The position numbers were made by a program, and so were the translations under genes. A stretch of DNA of 64,000 nucleotides from the NCBI GenBank assembly GCA_024692565.1, contig JAILMN010000030.1, forward strand, positions 43 to 64,042, in the 5' to 3' direction. Positions 16,608-26,653 of the stretch are shown here, one piece after another. Numbering within the stretch: the stretch's first letter is position 1; each line of letters begins with the position of its first letter. The notes beneath the pieces are model-generated. The model searched no databases and was not told the origin of the DNA. It worked only from the letters and a program-made list of their open reading frames with translations. Origin of the DNA: Paludibacteraceae bacterium (GTDB lineage Bacteria; Bacteroidota; Bacteroidia; Bacteroidales; Paludibacteraceae).

Positions 16608-17861
16608 TTATACCATATTCAAATTATGGTGCATTTTTTCTTTTTTGGTCTTCATATAGCGCTCGTTCCAGCGGTTGGGACGAATCTCAAGTGCCACATT
16701 TTCAACGATTTGTATGCCATAACTCTCCAATCCGACACGTTTGACGGGATTATTGGTCATCAGGCGTAATTTGAGTGCTCCCATCTCGCGGAGTATCTGC
16801 GCACCGATACCGTAATCGCGTTCGTCCGGACGAAAACCGAGGTGCACATTCGCCTCCACCGTGTCCTCCCCCTGCTCCTGCAGCTTATACGCGCGTATTT
16901 TATTCATAAGGCCTATACCGCGTCCTTCCTGGTTCATATACACGATGATACCCCGTCCTTCGTCTTCAATCAGCTGCATGGCGCGCTCGAGTTGTTCACC
17001 GCATTCGCAGCGCAGCGAACCGAAGATATCACCGGTAGCACAGCTGGAGTGAACGCGACACAGCACGGGTTCATCCGGCTGCCACTCACCTTTGGTGAGT
17101 ACGATGTGCTCCAGACCCGTCGTCAGGTCGCGGAAAGGCGTGAGCATGAACTCGCCGTGGCGCGTAGGAAGGAAGACCGTTTCGCCGCGTTCGATCAGCC
17201 CATCATTGAGCGGTTTGTCCGCGCTCATTGCATCATTGAGTTCGCTTCGCGAACGCTCATTGAGCCGATAGGCGATTAAATCCTTGATAGCGATGATTTT
17301 GAGGTCGAACTGCTTTGCCACTTCCTGCAGTTGCGGCATGCGTGCCATCGAGCCGTCTTCGTTCATGATCTCGATCAGTGCCGCTGCAGGTTGGAAGCCT
17401 GCCAGACGCGCCAGATCGACACCTGCCTCCGTATGTCCAGCACGCTGCAGCACACCGCCGGCTTTGGCATACAGCGGGTTGATGTGACCCGGACGACCGA
17501 AAGTCTCAGGCTTGCTGTTGGGGTCTGCTAAGGCCAAGATAGTAGCGGCGCGGTCGGCTGCAGAAACACCCGTTGTGCAACCTTCCAACTTATCCACCGT
17601 CACCGTGAACGGCGTTCCGAGCATCGAGGTGTTGGTCGATACCTGGTGCACCAGATCCAGCTCCGCACAACGGCGTTCGGTAATTGGACAACACAACACG
17701 CCGCGACCGTGCTGCAACATAAAATTGACTTTCTCCGGCGTTATTTTCTCCGCCGCAATGATGAAATCGCCTTCGTTCTCGCGGTCCTCATCATCCACGA
17801 CGATCACGAACTTTCCTTCCCGAAAGTCGCTCAACGCCTCTTCTATAGTATTGAGTTTCAT
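16608..17861 (-). CDS. ribBA: bifunctional 3,4-dihydroxy-2-butanone-4-phosphate synthase / GTP cyclohydrolase II
   Basis: [13 protein letters not shown] in the RibB half; CxxxxCxC...GRGIG in the RibA half. Confidence 0.95.
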   Translation of the reverse strand: MKLNTIEEALSDFREGKFVIVVDDEDRENEGDFIIAAEKITPEKVNFMLQHGRGVLCCPITERRCAELDLVHQVSTNTSMLGTPFTVTVDKLEGCTTGVSAADRAATILALADPNSKPETFGRPGHINPLYAKAGGVLQRAGHTEAGVDLARLAGFQPAAALIEIMNEDGSMARMPQLQEVAKQFDLKIIAIKDLIAYRLNERSRSELNDAMSADKPLNDGLIERGETVFLPTRHGEFMLTPFRDLTTGLEHIVLTKGEWQPDEPVLCRVHSSCATGDIFGSLRCECGEQLERAMQLIEDEGRGIIVYMNQEGRGIGLMNKIRAYKLQEQGEDTVEANVHLGFRPDERDYGIGAQILREMGALKLRLMTNNPVKRVGLESYGIQIVENVALEIRPNRWNERYMKTKKEKMHHNLNMV

Positions 17862-19317
17862 AATTCTTAAGCCGTATAAACAATTTCTTGGCTCCGATTT
17901 TCCACGCTTCGGGGTTGAAGAGCGGCGAATCGGTGGCTGCTTTGTACGTCAGGAAAATACCGGTCGGCAGCAGCACGAATGAACTGAGCCACATGCCTGC
18001 CCAGCAAGGCCACAACGCCTCGCGCGCCATCTTGTAACCCGTATTATCGATGATGTAATAGATGATGAACAGGATGACCGAGATCACCACCGGAGCACCT
18101 AACCCACCCTTTCGGATGATCGTTCCCAACGGCGCACCGATGAAGAAAAAGATAAGGCATGCGAAAGCCAGGGTGAACTTACGGTGCAGCTCTATCTCAT
18201 GCTTGCGGATATAGCGGTCGGAGTCCTCGAGCAGGATGGCGTTGTATTCAATCTGGTCGCGATAGTTACGCGCACGCTCTTCGGCGATCGACAGCACCTG
18301 TCCCCGCTGCTGCACATCCAGCTTCGCCCACAGCGAATCGAGGTCGTATATCTGCTTCTCTTCTTTCGTCACATGCTCCGGGATGACACATTGCGGGTTG
18401 ACCTCCCGTCCGAAATAGCGCTCGGAAATCAGTTGTTTGCTCTGCTCCTGGCATCGCACGTCAGACAGCGCCTGCACCGAGTCGATGGACTGCAACAGTT
18501 GCGCCACGTTCTTGCTCACATGCTGATCCTCGAGCATCGAATCGTCGTAGCGGTTGAACTCCGTCGAGAAATCGATCACAATCCGTTTATGCGTGAACAT
18601 CTCGCGCCGGTAAGGGATATTCTTTTTCGTGCCCGTAGCCCGCTGTTGCTGCTGATTGAGGTTCTCGAACGACTCGCCGTTCACCAGATCCAACATCAGG
18701 AATCGCTTGTCCGCACTCGCCGACAAACAACCCGTATCCGCCACCATCACTTTGGCGTTGTCAAAACCGTCCGAGTAATCATACAGCATGATATTGAGCA
18801 ACTCGCCACGCGGCGTTTTCTCCCGCACATAGATGTGAAAACCGCTTATCTCGTCGTAGAACTCACCCACCGGAATCTGCAACTCCGGACTCTTCTGCCG
18901 CAGCGAGAAGATGAGCGCCCATAGTTTCATCTGCGATTTGGGCAGCACATTATTGCTGAAGAAGAACGCACCGACGCTCAGCAGCGCCACCGCTATCGTC
19001 AGCGAACGCATGATGCGGAAGAGCGAGATGCCCGCGGCTTTCATCGCCGTCAACTCAAATTTCTCCGCCAAGTTACCGAAGCAGATGAGCGAACTGAGCA
19101 ATATCGCTAACGGTAGCGCCAACGGCACCACGGACGCCGCGGCATAGATGAAAAACTCCGCCAATACGCCGATACCGATACCTTTGCCCACCAGGTCGTT
19201 CACGTGCATCCACATGAACTGCATCAGCAGGATAAAAATAGCGATAAAGAAAGTAGCCAGGAATAGCCCCACGAAGTTCCGGAGCATATACCAATCTATT
19301 TTCTTCACAGCTCTCAC
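17791..19317 (-). CDS. LptF/LptG family permease
   Basis: YjgP/YjgQ-type topology: 3 TM, a large periplasmic domain, then 3 TM. GTG start. The last 71 nt overlap ribBA. Confidence 0.8.
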   Translation of the reverse strand: MRAVKKIDWYMLRNFVGLFLATFFIAIFILLMQFMWMHVNDLVGKGIGIGVLAEFFIYAAASVVPLALPLAILLSSLICFGNLAEKFELTAMKAAGISLFRIMRSLTIAVALLSVGAFFFSNNVLPKSQMKLWALIFSLRQKSPELQIPVGEFYDEISGFHIYVREKTPRGELLNIMLYDYSDGFDNAKVMVADTGCLSASADKRFLMLDLVNGESFENLNQQQQRATGTKKNIPYRREMFTHKRIVIDFSTEFNRYDDSMLEDQHVSKNVAQLLQSIDSVQALSDVRCQEQSKQLISERYFGREVNPQCVIPEHVTKEEKQIYDLDSLWAKLDVQQRGQVLSIAEERARNYRDQIEYNAILLEDSDRYIRKHEIELHRKFTLAFACLIFFFIGAPLGTIIRKGGLGAPVVISVILFIIYYIIDNTGYKMAREALWPCWAGMWLSSFVLLPTGIFLTYKAATDSPLFNPEAWKIGAKKLFIRLKNYETQYYRRGVERLSGRKVRDRRG

Positions 19318-19333
19318 TAATTCCCTAACTCAC

Positions 19334-19816
19334 TCAACCTTTGAGGTTCTCGCTTACGAAAATCAACGGCAGCAGATCGGCAGCCGAGTCGAACACATAC
19401 GTCGCCTCATCGCCGTACAGCAGCACCTCCATCTTACCGCCGTAGCGATGCTCCGTCTCGATCATCACCTGGCGGCAGGCACCGCAAGGCGAACCCGGTT
19501 CTTTGGTGAAATGGCCGTCCGTGAAACAAGCGATTGCCAAGCGCTCTACCGGTTGATCCGGATACTGTGCACCTGCTGCGAAAAGCGCACTGCGCTCTGC
19601 GCACAAACCGCTCGGATAAGCCGCATTCTCTTGGTTGCAACCGCGAATCACTTCGCCGTTTGCCAACTTAGCCGCAGCACCTACATGGAAATGACTGTAA
19701 GGGCAATAACTGTGCTTCGTTTGCTCCTTAGCCACACTCACCAACGCACGTTGGTCTTCTGTTAACTCGTCCCATTTGTAGGCACGCATTTTGGTTGTCA
19801 GATTGTACTCTTTCAT
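19334..19816 (-). CDS. cdd: cytidine deaminase
   Basis: CAERSA and PCGACRQ zinc motifs. Confidence 0.9.
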   Translation of the reverse strand: MKEYNLTTKMRAYKWDELTEDQRALVSVAKEQTKHSYCPYSHFHVGAAAKLANGEVIRGCNQENAAYPSGLCAERSALFAAGAQYPDQPVERLAIACFTDGHFTKEPGSPCGACRQVMIETEHRYGGKMEVLLYGDEATYVFDSAADLLPLIFVSENLKG

Positions 19817-19841
19817 ACTATTGATTTGGTTAATTGTTTAC

Positions 19842-21653
19842 TTAAAAGCCGAAGCTCAGACCGCAGGTAAACGTGAAATTAGCGCCCTGCAGAAAGAGCG
19901 GTGTATATTTATTCAGATAATAGTCTTTGAGCTCGTCGCCCGTCAGGTTCTTGGACGTCCCGTCTTCGTTCCATCCGCGGTCTTCACCTAAGATGCGATC
20001 GGAGGTCGGCAGGTATGCCCGCGCGTTGTTGTACGTGAAATCGACGTGCGCGTAGCAGTTGTTGAATACCTCATATACCGCACGGAAATTGACGATGTCG
20101 TTCCGCCAGATCTTCTCGCTGAACGGCTTCTGCGCAATGATCGGATTGGACGTCGAGCGGTATCCGGCGATGTACGAACGGATATATTCGTAGGCGCGGT
20201 ACTTGGTGTCGCAGGTATAGTCCAGCATCAGGCGCAAACCCCGCACCGGACGATACGACACCTGCACGTAGATACTCTGCGCGTTGTCGCCCATGTAGTG
20301 ACCCATGTTGTAGGAATTCGACGTGAAGTCCGTCACCTTGATCGAGTGCGTGTAGCAGGCGATATACGACCGCATGAACTCGCCCCGTATCGCCAGACCT
20401 TTCACCGGCCAACCGCTCCAGTTGAAGCCCACCAAGTACGACACCGGATTATGCTCCGGATTGGACGGCTTCAGACGAGCCAACTTGAATTCGTCCAAGA
20501 AGAACGAACCGTACAGCCGCAAGTGGTCCGTCGGACGCACCGTGATAGACGCAAACGCCTGCGAGTTCTGGTTCTCCGAACCCAAGCCTTTGGTCAGCAG
20601 ATGATCCAGCGATTTATAGAAGGCGATCGGAATGAAGTACGCCGCCTGAACCGTACGCTCCGCATACACGATCGAGTTACCGAACGAGAACTGAATATAC
20701 TTGCACGGCATGAACGTGAACATGTTCGCCGCCATGAATTTGTTCGCCGGACGGTACTCGCGCTCATTCACCCCTTCCGCGGCCCACTCCGAGTAGAAAT
20801 AGGTCGAATCCATCACATTGCTCGGCAGCCAGGCGTGGAAATAATCGAATTGGAACCATTTGCAGGGCGTCAGCTGCAGCGTCACCATCGGAACCGCCGG
20901 GTTATGAGCCGACAGGATATTCGAGCAATGCTGCGCGTCGCCCCATGTGATACGCTCGCGTTGGATACCGATCGAGCCCCACCATGCGTACAGCGCCAAA
21001 CCGCCACGCGAGTCCGAGAAATCGCCGCCGTAGTTAGCCTCTTTGTACTGCACGCCGGGATAATTATTCAGATACGTCGGCTTCGTGATACGCGAGCCTT
21101 CGTAGCCCAAACCGCTCCACGAGTTGTCGCGGATCGAACCCCAGATAGATACGTGGTGCGCAATGTCCATCTGGATCTCCGCGCCGTACCAGCGGTGCTG
21201 CAGCAGACCCTTCTTGTTGTACATCAGGTCCATACCGAGTATCGGACGAACGCGCATCTTGAATATCTTATCCTTCGTCAGGATGTGCAGACTCGGGTCC
21301 GCCAACGACAGGTTCGATACCGGCGTGATCCACTGCGTCACATGGCGATGACCGTAACTGTAGTACGTCGGCAGCGTGTCTAATTCCAAGGCATAGTCCT
21401 GCAGGTAGAATTGCAGATCGTCGCGCTGGCGCTTGCTCAGCAACGTGTCCTTGCGCTGCGCCTCGGCCAACAACCGAGCGATGTGATCACGCGTGTACGG
21501 CTTGATCGCCGCATTCGATTGAATCACACCGTCCGTCGTCAACTCCTCCAGAAAATCATAAATCTCCGTGTACTCAATCGCCTGAGGTATCCGTTGCGCA
21601 TGCACGCATAGCGCCACACTCGCTGCCAATACTATTGTGAGAAGTTTTTTCAC
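19842..21653 (-). CDS. capsule assembly Wzi-like outer membrane protein
   Basis: Signal peptide. The N-terminal IYDFLEELTTDGVIQ...PYTRDHIARLL helix pattern and a long beta-rich body resemble the Wzi family. GTG start at 21651-21653. Confidence 0.55.
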   Translation of the reverse strand: MKKLLTIVLAASVALCVHAQRIPQAIEYTEIYDFLEELTTDGVIQSNAAIKPYTRDHIARLLAEAQRKDTLLSKRQRDDLQFYLQDYALELDTLPTYYSYGHRHVTQWITPVSNLSLADPSLHILTKDKIFKMRVRPILGMDLMYNKKGLLQHRWYGAEIQMDIAHHVSIWGSIRDNSWSGLGYEGSRITKPTYLNNYPGVQYKEANYGGDFSDSRGGLALYAWWGSIGIQRERITWGDAQHCSNILSAHNPAVPMVTLQLTPCKWFQFDYFHAWLPSNVMDSTYFYSEWAAEGVNEREYRPANKFMAANMFTFMPCKYIQFSFGNSIVYAERTVQAAYFIPIAFYKSLDHLLTKGLGSENQNSQAFASITVRPTDHLRLYGSFFLDEFKLARLKPSNPEHNPVSYLVGFNWSGWPVKGLAIRGEFMRSYIACYTHSIKVTDFTSNSYNMGHYMGDNAQSIYVQVSYRPVRGLRLMLDYTCDTKYRAYEYIRSYIAGYRSTSNPIIAQKPFSEKIWRNDIVNFRAVYEVFNNCYAHVDFTYNNARAYLPTSDRILGEDRGWNEDGTSKNLTGDELKDYYLNKYTPLFLQGANFTFTCGLSFGF

Positions 21654-21688
21654 CTCTTACCTATTACCTTTTACCTATTACCTTACTC
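21654..21688 (-). repeat. heptamer array CTNTTAC x5 (coding strand GTAANAG) filling the OmpH-Wzi spacer
   Basis: ctcttac ctattac cttttac ctattac cttactc runs from the Wzi-like GTG start (21651-21653) to the OmpH stop (21683-21685). Confidence 0.92.
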
Positions 21689-22312
21689 CTTGCTGTATCG
21701 TGCGTTCAGGCCTTCAATCACTTTTTCCGTGATATCGTAGCCCGCTACTTTGTTCATCATCACCGCGTCGTTCAGGATCAGGTGAAGATGACCGTCCGCA
21801 TTGTATTCGCGAAGGAATTGCTGAACCGAATCCTGCAATTGTTGCGTCAGGGCAGCTTGCTGCGTCATGAAGTCGTTGCTCAGCTTCTGACGAAGATTCT
21901 CCAGATCCTGCTGCTTGCTAACCAACTGCTGCTGTTTCTTCTCCAGTTTGGCAGCTTCGCTCTCTGCGCGCTCGCGCGTCAAGAAAGCACCCGTCTCCAC
22001 TTTCTTCTGAAAATTGATGTAGTCCTGCTGGAAGGTCTCCGCCTCGCGTTGAAGCGATTTAGCCTTTGCGTCTAATTTCAGCGTGGACTCCTCGTACTGC
22101 GACATCAGCTTGTCCGTGGACTCAACCGCCAACGTGTAGTGCTTAAGGATCGAATCGGTGTTCACTACCGCTATCGGCAGCAACTCGCCGGCTGCTTCCA
22201 CCTCCGCATCAGCGGTCTTCTTAGCGCCCGGAGTAACAGTAAAGAAAAGGATAAACAGGGCGATCACTGCTGCGCCCAAAATCGACTCAACGATAATTGA
22301 AATTTTGTTCAT
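21683..22312 (-). CDS. OmpH/Skp family periplasmic chaperone
   Basis: N-terminal TM/signal followed by a long coiled coil rich in Q/E/K. Confidence 0.8.
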   Translation of the reverse strand: MNKISIIVESILGAAVIALFILFFTVTPGAKKTADAEVEAAGELLPIAVVNTDSILKHYTLAVESTDKLMSQYEESTLKLDAKAKSLQREAETFQQDYINFQKKVETGAFLTRERAESEAAKLEKKQQQLVSKQQDLENLRQKLSNDFMTQQAALTQQLQDSVQQFLREYNADGHLHLILNDAVMMNKVAGYDITEKVIEGLNARYSKE

Positions 22313-22318
22313 GATGTT

Positions 22319-22528
22319 TTATAATTTTTTTGTGTTAATTTGATTCTTTTTGGCCCGTCGGGACTCGCGATCCTGACTCGTGGAGCAATGTATCTTATCG
22401 GCTTTCATCCGCGGGTTTTCCGAGATGTGCTGCGAGCGAAACGAGTGGTCCTTGCGCAGGATCACGCCCACGCAAAGCAGCACCACCGCCACACCCACAA
22501 TCACTATCACGATTACCATTTGGCGCAT
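22319..22528 (-). CDS. small single-pass membrane protein
   Basis: Track ORF 22319..22681 trimmed to MRQMVIVIVIVGVAVVLLCVGV. The longer version would run through its own canonical promoter (22548-22579). Confidence 0.4.
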   Translation of the reverse strand: MRQMVIVIVIVGVAVVLLCVGVILRKDHSFRSQHISENPRMKADKIHCSTSQDRESRRAKKNQINTKKL

Positions 22529-22547
22529 AATACGACAAAATACGCTG

Positions 22548-22579
22548 CAAAGGTACTGCTTTTTTTCGACATATGCAAA
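22548..22579 (-). promoter_or_regulatory. promoter of the small membrane protein / OmpH operon
   Basis: TTTGCATATGTCGAAAAAAAGCAGTACCTTTGC with a 20-nt spacer. Confidence 0.75.
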
Positions 22580-22719
22580 CGCAAACGGTCTGAAGGGTAA
22601 TTTTTTAGGAGAAAATGCATTTTTTTCGAAATAATATGCGTACGCGCTTGCGTATATGAAAAAGTTTTTGTATCTTTGCACGCTTTTTTGTGTAAATTAA
22701 CTAAAAACAAGATAGAATT

Positions 22720-23097
22720 ATGGCAAATGAGAAACAACAGAGCGGTTTGATGTTCAATGCGTTGACCGCAGGAAGTAAGATCGTAGGTAACATCGCAGCC
22801 GACAGTGATTTTCGTATCGACGGACTGATTGAGGGTGACCTGCAGTGTACGGGTAAAGTGGTGATCGGTGAGGCCGGTCGCGTGAAAGGCACGATCGTAT
22901 GCCAGCACGCAGAGATCATGGGTTTGTTGGAAGGTAAGATCAAGTGTCACCAGCAGTTGTCGCTTCGTTCGAGCGGTAAGATACAGGGCGATGTGCATAC
23001 GAAGACGCTGATTGTAGAACCGGGGGCGATATTCAATGGTACTTGCTCGATGGGCGCGGAGAAAGCGGCTGCTCCTGCTGCTGAACCTGCTAAATAA
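22720..23097 (+). CDS. bactofilin family polymer-forming protein
   Basis: Repetitive beta-helix pattern (G.I....I.G.V.G.I) typical of DUF583. Confidence 0.85.
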   Translation: MANEKQQSGLMFNALTAGSKIVGNIAADSDFRIDGLIEGDLQCTGKVVIGEAGRVKGTIVCQHAEIMGLLEGKIKCHQQLSLRSSGKIQGDVHTKTLIVEPGAIFNGTCSMGAEKAAAPAAEPAK

Positions 23098-23157
23098 TAA
23101 GACAAAAACAATCATTAGCAAAAATACCAAAAATATTTTCTATATTCTTTTTTCTTT

Positions 23158-24435
23158 ATGAGAATAAAGCCTTTTAAGGGTTTGAGGCCACCGAGGGAGA
23201 TGGTGGAACAAGTGAGCAGTAGGCCGTACGACGTGCTGAATTCGGAAGAGGCACGGGCGGAAGCGGCGGGCAATGCCAAGAGCCTATATCACATCATCAA
23301 GCCGGAGATCAATTTTGAGCCGGGTACGGATGAGCACGACCCGCGTGTGTATGCAGCCGCAGCCGAGCAGTTCGCCAAATTCAAGGCGAAAGGATGGTTG
23401 GTGCAAGATGCGGAAGAGAAGTACTACGTGTATGCGCAGACGGGTTTTGGGAAGACTCAATATGGTCTGGTGGTAGGTGCATGGGTGGACGATTATATCG
23501 AGGGTCGGATCAAGAAGCACGAGTTGACGCGTCGCGATAAAGAGGAAGACCGCATGAAGCACGTGCGCGTGTTGAACGCGAACATGGAGCCGGTTTTCTT
23601 TGCTTACCCGCACCGCGATGACTTGGATGTGATAGTAGCCGAGGTGGTGAAGCGTACGCCGGAGTACGATTTTGTGGCAGCGCCGGAAGGATTTCGACAC
23701 ACCTTCTGGGTGATCAACGACCGTGCGACGATTGACCGCATCACGGAGATCTTCGCTCAGATCCCGGCGATGTATATCGCAGACGGGCACCATCGTTCAG
23801 CTGCAGCTGCCGGCGTAGGAGCGGAGAGGAAAATGAACGCAGCAAAACTGCTCAATGATGGAATGAGCGCGACTACGTCGCTCAATGATGTTCCTGAATA
23901 CGAGTATTTCTTAGCGGTATGTTTTCCGGACAATCAGTTGAACATCATCGATTATAACCGCGTGGTGAAGGATTTGAACGGGTTGAGCGAGGAGGAGTTT
24001 CTAGAAGCCCTCAAAGAGGACTTCGATGTGGAATGTGTAATGTGTAATGTGTATAAGCCGCAGCGGTTGCATAATTTCAGTCTGTATTTGGGTGGAAAGT
24101 GGTACTCGTTGACGGCCAAGGAAGAACGGTATAATGATGCGGACCCGATAGGGGTGCTGGACGTCACGATATCGAGTAACCTGATTTTGGACAAGATATT
24201 GGGCATCAAAGATCTGAGGACGGAGAAGCGTATTGATTTCGTAGGCGGCATCCGCGGGTTAGGTGAGTTGAAGCGCAGAGTGGATAGCGGCGAGATGCGG
24301 ATGGCGTTGGCGCTTTATCCGGTAACGATGCAGCAGATCATTGATATCGCGGATAGCGGTAATATCATGCCGCCGAAGACGACGTGGTTTGAACCTAAAT
24401 TGCGCTCCGGGCTCGTTGTACATGAATTAAATTAG
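23158..24435 (+). CDS. DUF1015 domain-containing protein
   Basis: N-terminal IKPFKGLRP...RPYDV and ADGHHR motifs. Confidence 0.8.
   Translation: MRIKPFKGLRPPREMVEQVSSRPYDVLNSEEARAEAAGNAKSLYHIIKPEINFEPGTDEHDPRVYAAAAEQFAKFKAKGWLVQDAEEKYYVYAQTGFGKTQYGLVVGAWVDDYIEGRIKKHELTRRDKEEDRMKHVRVLNANMEPVFFAYPHRDDLDVIVAEVVKRTPEYDFVAAPEGFRHTFWVINDRATIDRITEIFAQIPAMYIADGHHRSAAAAGVGAERKMNAAKLLNDGMSATTSLNDVPEYEYFLAVCFPDNQLNIIDYNRVVKDLNGLSEEEFLEALKEDFDVECVMCNVYKPQRLHNFSLYLGGKWYSLTAKEERYNDADPIGVLDVTISSNLILDKILGIKDLRTEKRIDFVGGIRGLGELKRRVDSGEMRMALALYPVTMQQIIDIADSGNIMPPKTTWFEPKLRSGLVVHELN
24025..24052 (+). repeat. heptamer array RATGTGK x4 inside the DUF1015 CDS
   Basis: gatgtgg aatgtgt aatgtgt aatgtgt, encoding DVECVMCNVY. 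Same word as the coding-strand units of 7968-7995. Confidence 0.9.
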
Positions 24436-24480
24436 ATTTCTAGACGACTAGATGACTAGACGATTCGATGAGTAGACGAC
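24433..24480 (+). repeat. octamer array TAGAYGAY x6 spanning the DUF1015 stop, the spacer and the OmpA-family start
   Basis: tagatttc tagacgac tagatgac tagacgat tcgatgag tagacgac. Unit 1 holds the stop TAG; unit 5 holds the ATG at 24468. Confidence 0.9.
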
Positions 24481-26528
24481 TGGTTTACATAGTATTAGCG
24501 GCGGTGTGTTTGACAGGATGCAGCGTTCAGCAGCGGATCAAACGGGCGGATAAGAAATTCGCCATAGGGGAATACTACACCGCGGCGGATATATACAAGC
24601 AGTGCTACAGTCGTCTCTCGACGCAGAAAGACCGCGAGTTGAAGGGTTACGTAGCGTACAGGCAGGGCGAGTGCTACCGCATTCTCAATAACCCCAAAGC
24701 CGTCAACTGCTACCAGAGTGCGCTGCGATGCAAATACCACTTGCAGGACTCGACGATCTTCCTGCACGCCGGTCAAGCGCTGCAATATCAAGGTAAATAC
24801 AAAGATGCGGCGAAGAGTTACGAACTGTATCTCGAGGCGCATCCGAACGACTACGTGGCACGTGCGGGTAAGTACTCATGCAGTAAGATTGACGAATGGA
24901 AGAAAGAGGGTTCGCGCTACAAGGTGAGCGAAGCCAAGGAGTTTAATCAGAAGCGCACCAGCAGTTTTGCGCCTATGTTCATCGGTGACCAGACGGACGC
25001 GCTGATGTTCACGTCCAACCGTCCGGAGAAAGCGAAGACGGGTTCGAAGAAGATGCGTCGCCCGAGTAACGTAACCGGTCAGCAGTTGTTCCAGCTCTTC
25101 CAGACACGCAAGAACGCTGCCGGATTATGGGAAGACATCACGTTGGCGGAAGGACTGTACAACGCGCCGGACGAGTCGCAACAGGAGAATGACTCGACGG
25201 GCGGCAAGAACGCAGGTTCGGCAGAGATGGGTGTATGCTGCTTCACGCGCGACGGACGAACGATGTATTTCACCTATTCGAAGCCGATTAACGGTAAGGA
25301 CTTAGGTGCCAAGATTTGCCGCAGCGAACGCGCCAGCGGCGAATGGGGTGAGCCGCAAGAAGTGAAACTGTTTGCCGACAGTTCGATTACCGTGGGTCAT
25401 CCGGCGCTGAACGCATCCGGCGACACGCTTTATTTCGTGAGTGACGCAGCCGGTGGCGAAGGCGGTAAGGACATATGGATGGCGGAGCAGGACGGCGACG
25501 AATGGACGAACGTGCAGCCCTTGGGCAAAGGGATTAACACTTCTGCCGACGAGATGTACCCGTATATGCACGAAGACGGCACGCTGTATTTCGCATCGAA
25601 CGGTCATCCGGGTTACGGCGGACTTGATATTTTCAAAGCCGTGCGGGACACGACGCACAAAGACTCCACGGTCTGGGTGCTGTATAACATGGGTCCGATG
25701 TTCAACGGTATCGGTGACGACTTCGGAATCACCTTCGCCGGCAACACGCAGGACGGATTCTTCTCGTCCAACAAGGGCGACAAGAAAGGATTCGACCAGA
25801 TCTACCGCTTCACCTTGCCGGAGATGGAGTTCATTGCCGAAGGTATGGTGAGCGACGAAGCGGGTAATCCGATTACGGATGCGAAACTGCGTTTAGTGGG
25901 CTCGGACGGCACCAACAGCAAAGTGAACGCCCGTCGCGACGGCACGTACAAGATCAAGTTGAAACGCGATGTGAAGTATGTGATGTTAGCGACCGCCCGC
26001 GGTCACCTGAATGCCAAAGAGCAGTGGAACACCAACGGCTTGAAGGACAGCAAGACCTACACCATCAACTTCACGCTCAGCCCGATCAGTCGCCCCGTGA
26101 AGATGGACAACATCTTCTATGAGTTCGGCCGATGGGAGTTGACGAAAACTTCGGAAGAAGAGTTGAACAAGTTGGTTAAACTGCTGAACGACAACCCCAA
26201 TATCACGATTGAGCTGTCCGCGCACACCGATATGAAAGGTAATGAAGAGTTCAACCAGGAGTTGAGTCAGAAACGTGCGCAGAGTTGTTGCGATTTCCTC
26301 ATCGCGCACGGTATCGAGGCAGAGCGTCTGACGCCGCTAGGATACGGCAAGGCTAAGCCGGTGGTGGCAGACAAAGCGCTGAACAAACAATATCCGTGGT
26401 TGCCGGTTGAGCAAGTGCTGGACGAGGCATATATATCCGGTTTGCCGGCAGACAAGCAGGAGATTTGCAACCAAATCAACCGACGCACGGAATTTAAGGT
26501 GGTAAAAACCACATATAAACTATACTAA
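24468..26528 (+). CDS. OmpA family lipoprotein (TPR + TolB-like beta-propeller + OmpA C-terminal domain)
   Basis: Lipobox LTGC, WD40-like repeats, and a C-terminal NRRTEF peptidoglycan-binding motif. Confidence 0.85.
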   Translation: MSRRLVYIVLAAVCLTGCSVQQRIKRADKKFAIGEYYTAADIYKQCYSRLSTQKDRELKGYVAYRQGECYRILNNPKAVNCYQSALRCKYHLQDSTIFLHAGQALQYQGKYKDAAKSYELYLEAHPNDYVARAGKYSCSKIDEWKKEGSRYKVSEAKEFNQKRTSSFAPMFIGDQTDALMFTSNRPEKAKTGSKKMRRPSNVTGQQLFQLFQTRKNAAGLWEDITLAEGLYNAPDESQQENDSTGGKNAGSAEMGVCCFTRDGRTMYFTYSKPINGKDLGAKICRSERASGEWGEPQEVKLFADSSITVGHPALNASGDTLYFVSDAAGGEGGKDIWMAEQDGDEWTNVQPLGKGINTSADEMYPYMHEDGTLYFASNGHPGYGGLDIFKAVRDTTHKDSTVWVLYNMGPMFNGIGDDFGITFAGNTQDGFFSSNKGDKKGFDQIYRFTLPEMEFIAEGMVSDEAGNPITDAKLRLVGSDGTNSKVNARRDGTYKIKLKRDVKYVMLATARGHLNAKEQWNTNGLKDSKTYTINFTLSPISRPVKMDNIFYEFGRWELTKTSEEELNKLVKLLNDNPNITIELSAHTDMKGNEEFNQELSQKRAQSCCDFLIAHGIEAERLTPLGYGKAKPVVADKALNKQYPWLPVEQVLDEAYISGLPADKQEICNQINRRTEFKVVKTTYKLY

Positions 26529-26576
26529 AAAATGCCAAATGCTACTCTGCAAAAAACACAGTGCCCCCTGCTCGTG

Positions 26577-26601
26577 CTTTTGCGGACCCAAACCGCAAAA
26601 G
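26577..26601 (+). terminator. hairpin after the OmpA-family gene
   Basis: CTTTTGCGG-acccaaa-CCGCAAAAG is a perfect 9-bp stem. A T-run follows after 5 nt. Confidence 0.55.
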
Positions 26602-26653
26602 AACGTTTTTGCCGGAGTACATATTGCCAAGGCGGATGAATAATAATTGAGAT

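Noticed and set aside
17862-17990. An FMN riboswitch expected upstream of ribBA.
   Set aside because: The region is coding sequence of the LptF/G-family gene, which even overlaps ribBA. No conserved FMN-element sequence is visible.
22529-22681. The N-terminal 51 aa of track ORF 22319..22681.
   Set aside because: This part runs through the gene's own -33/-7 promoter and the divergent bactofilin promoter region. The start was moved to MRQMV at 22528.
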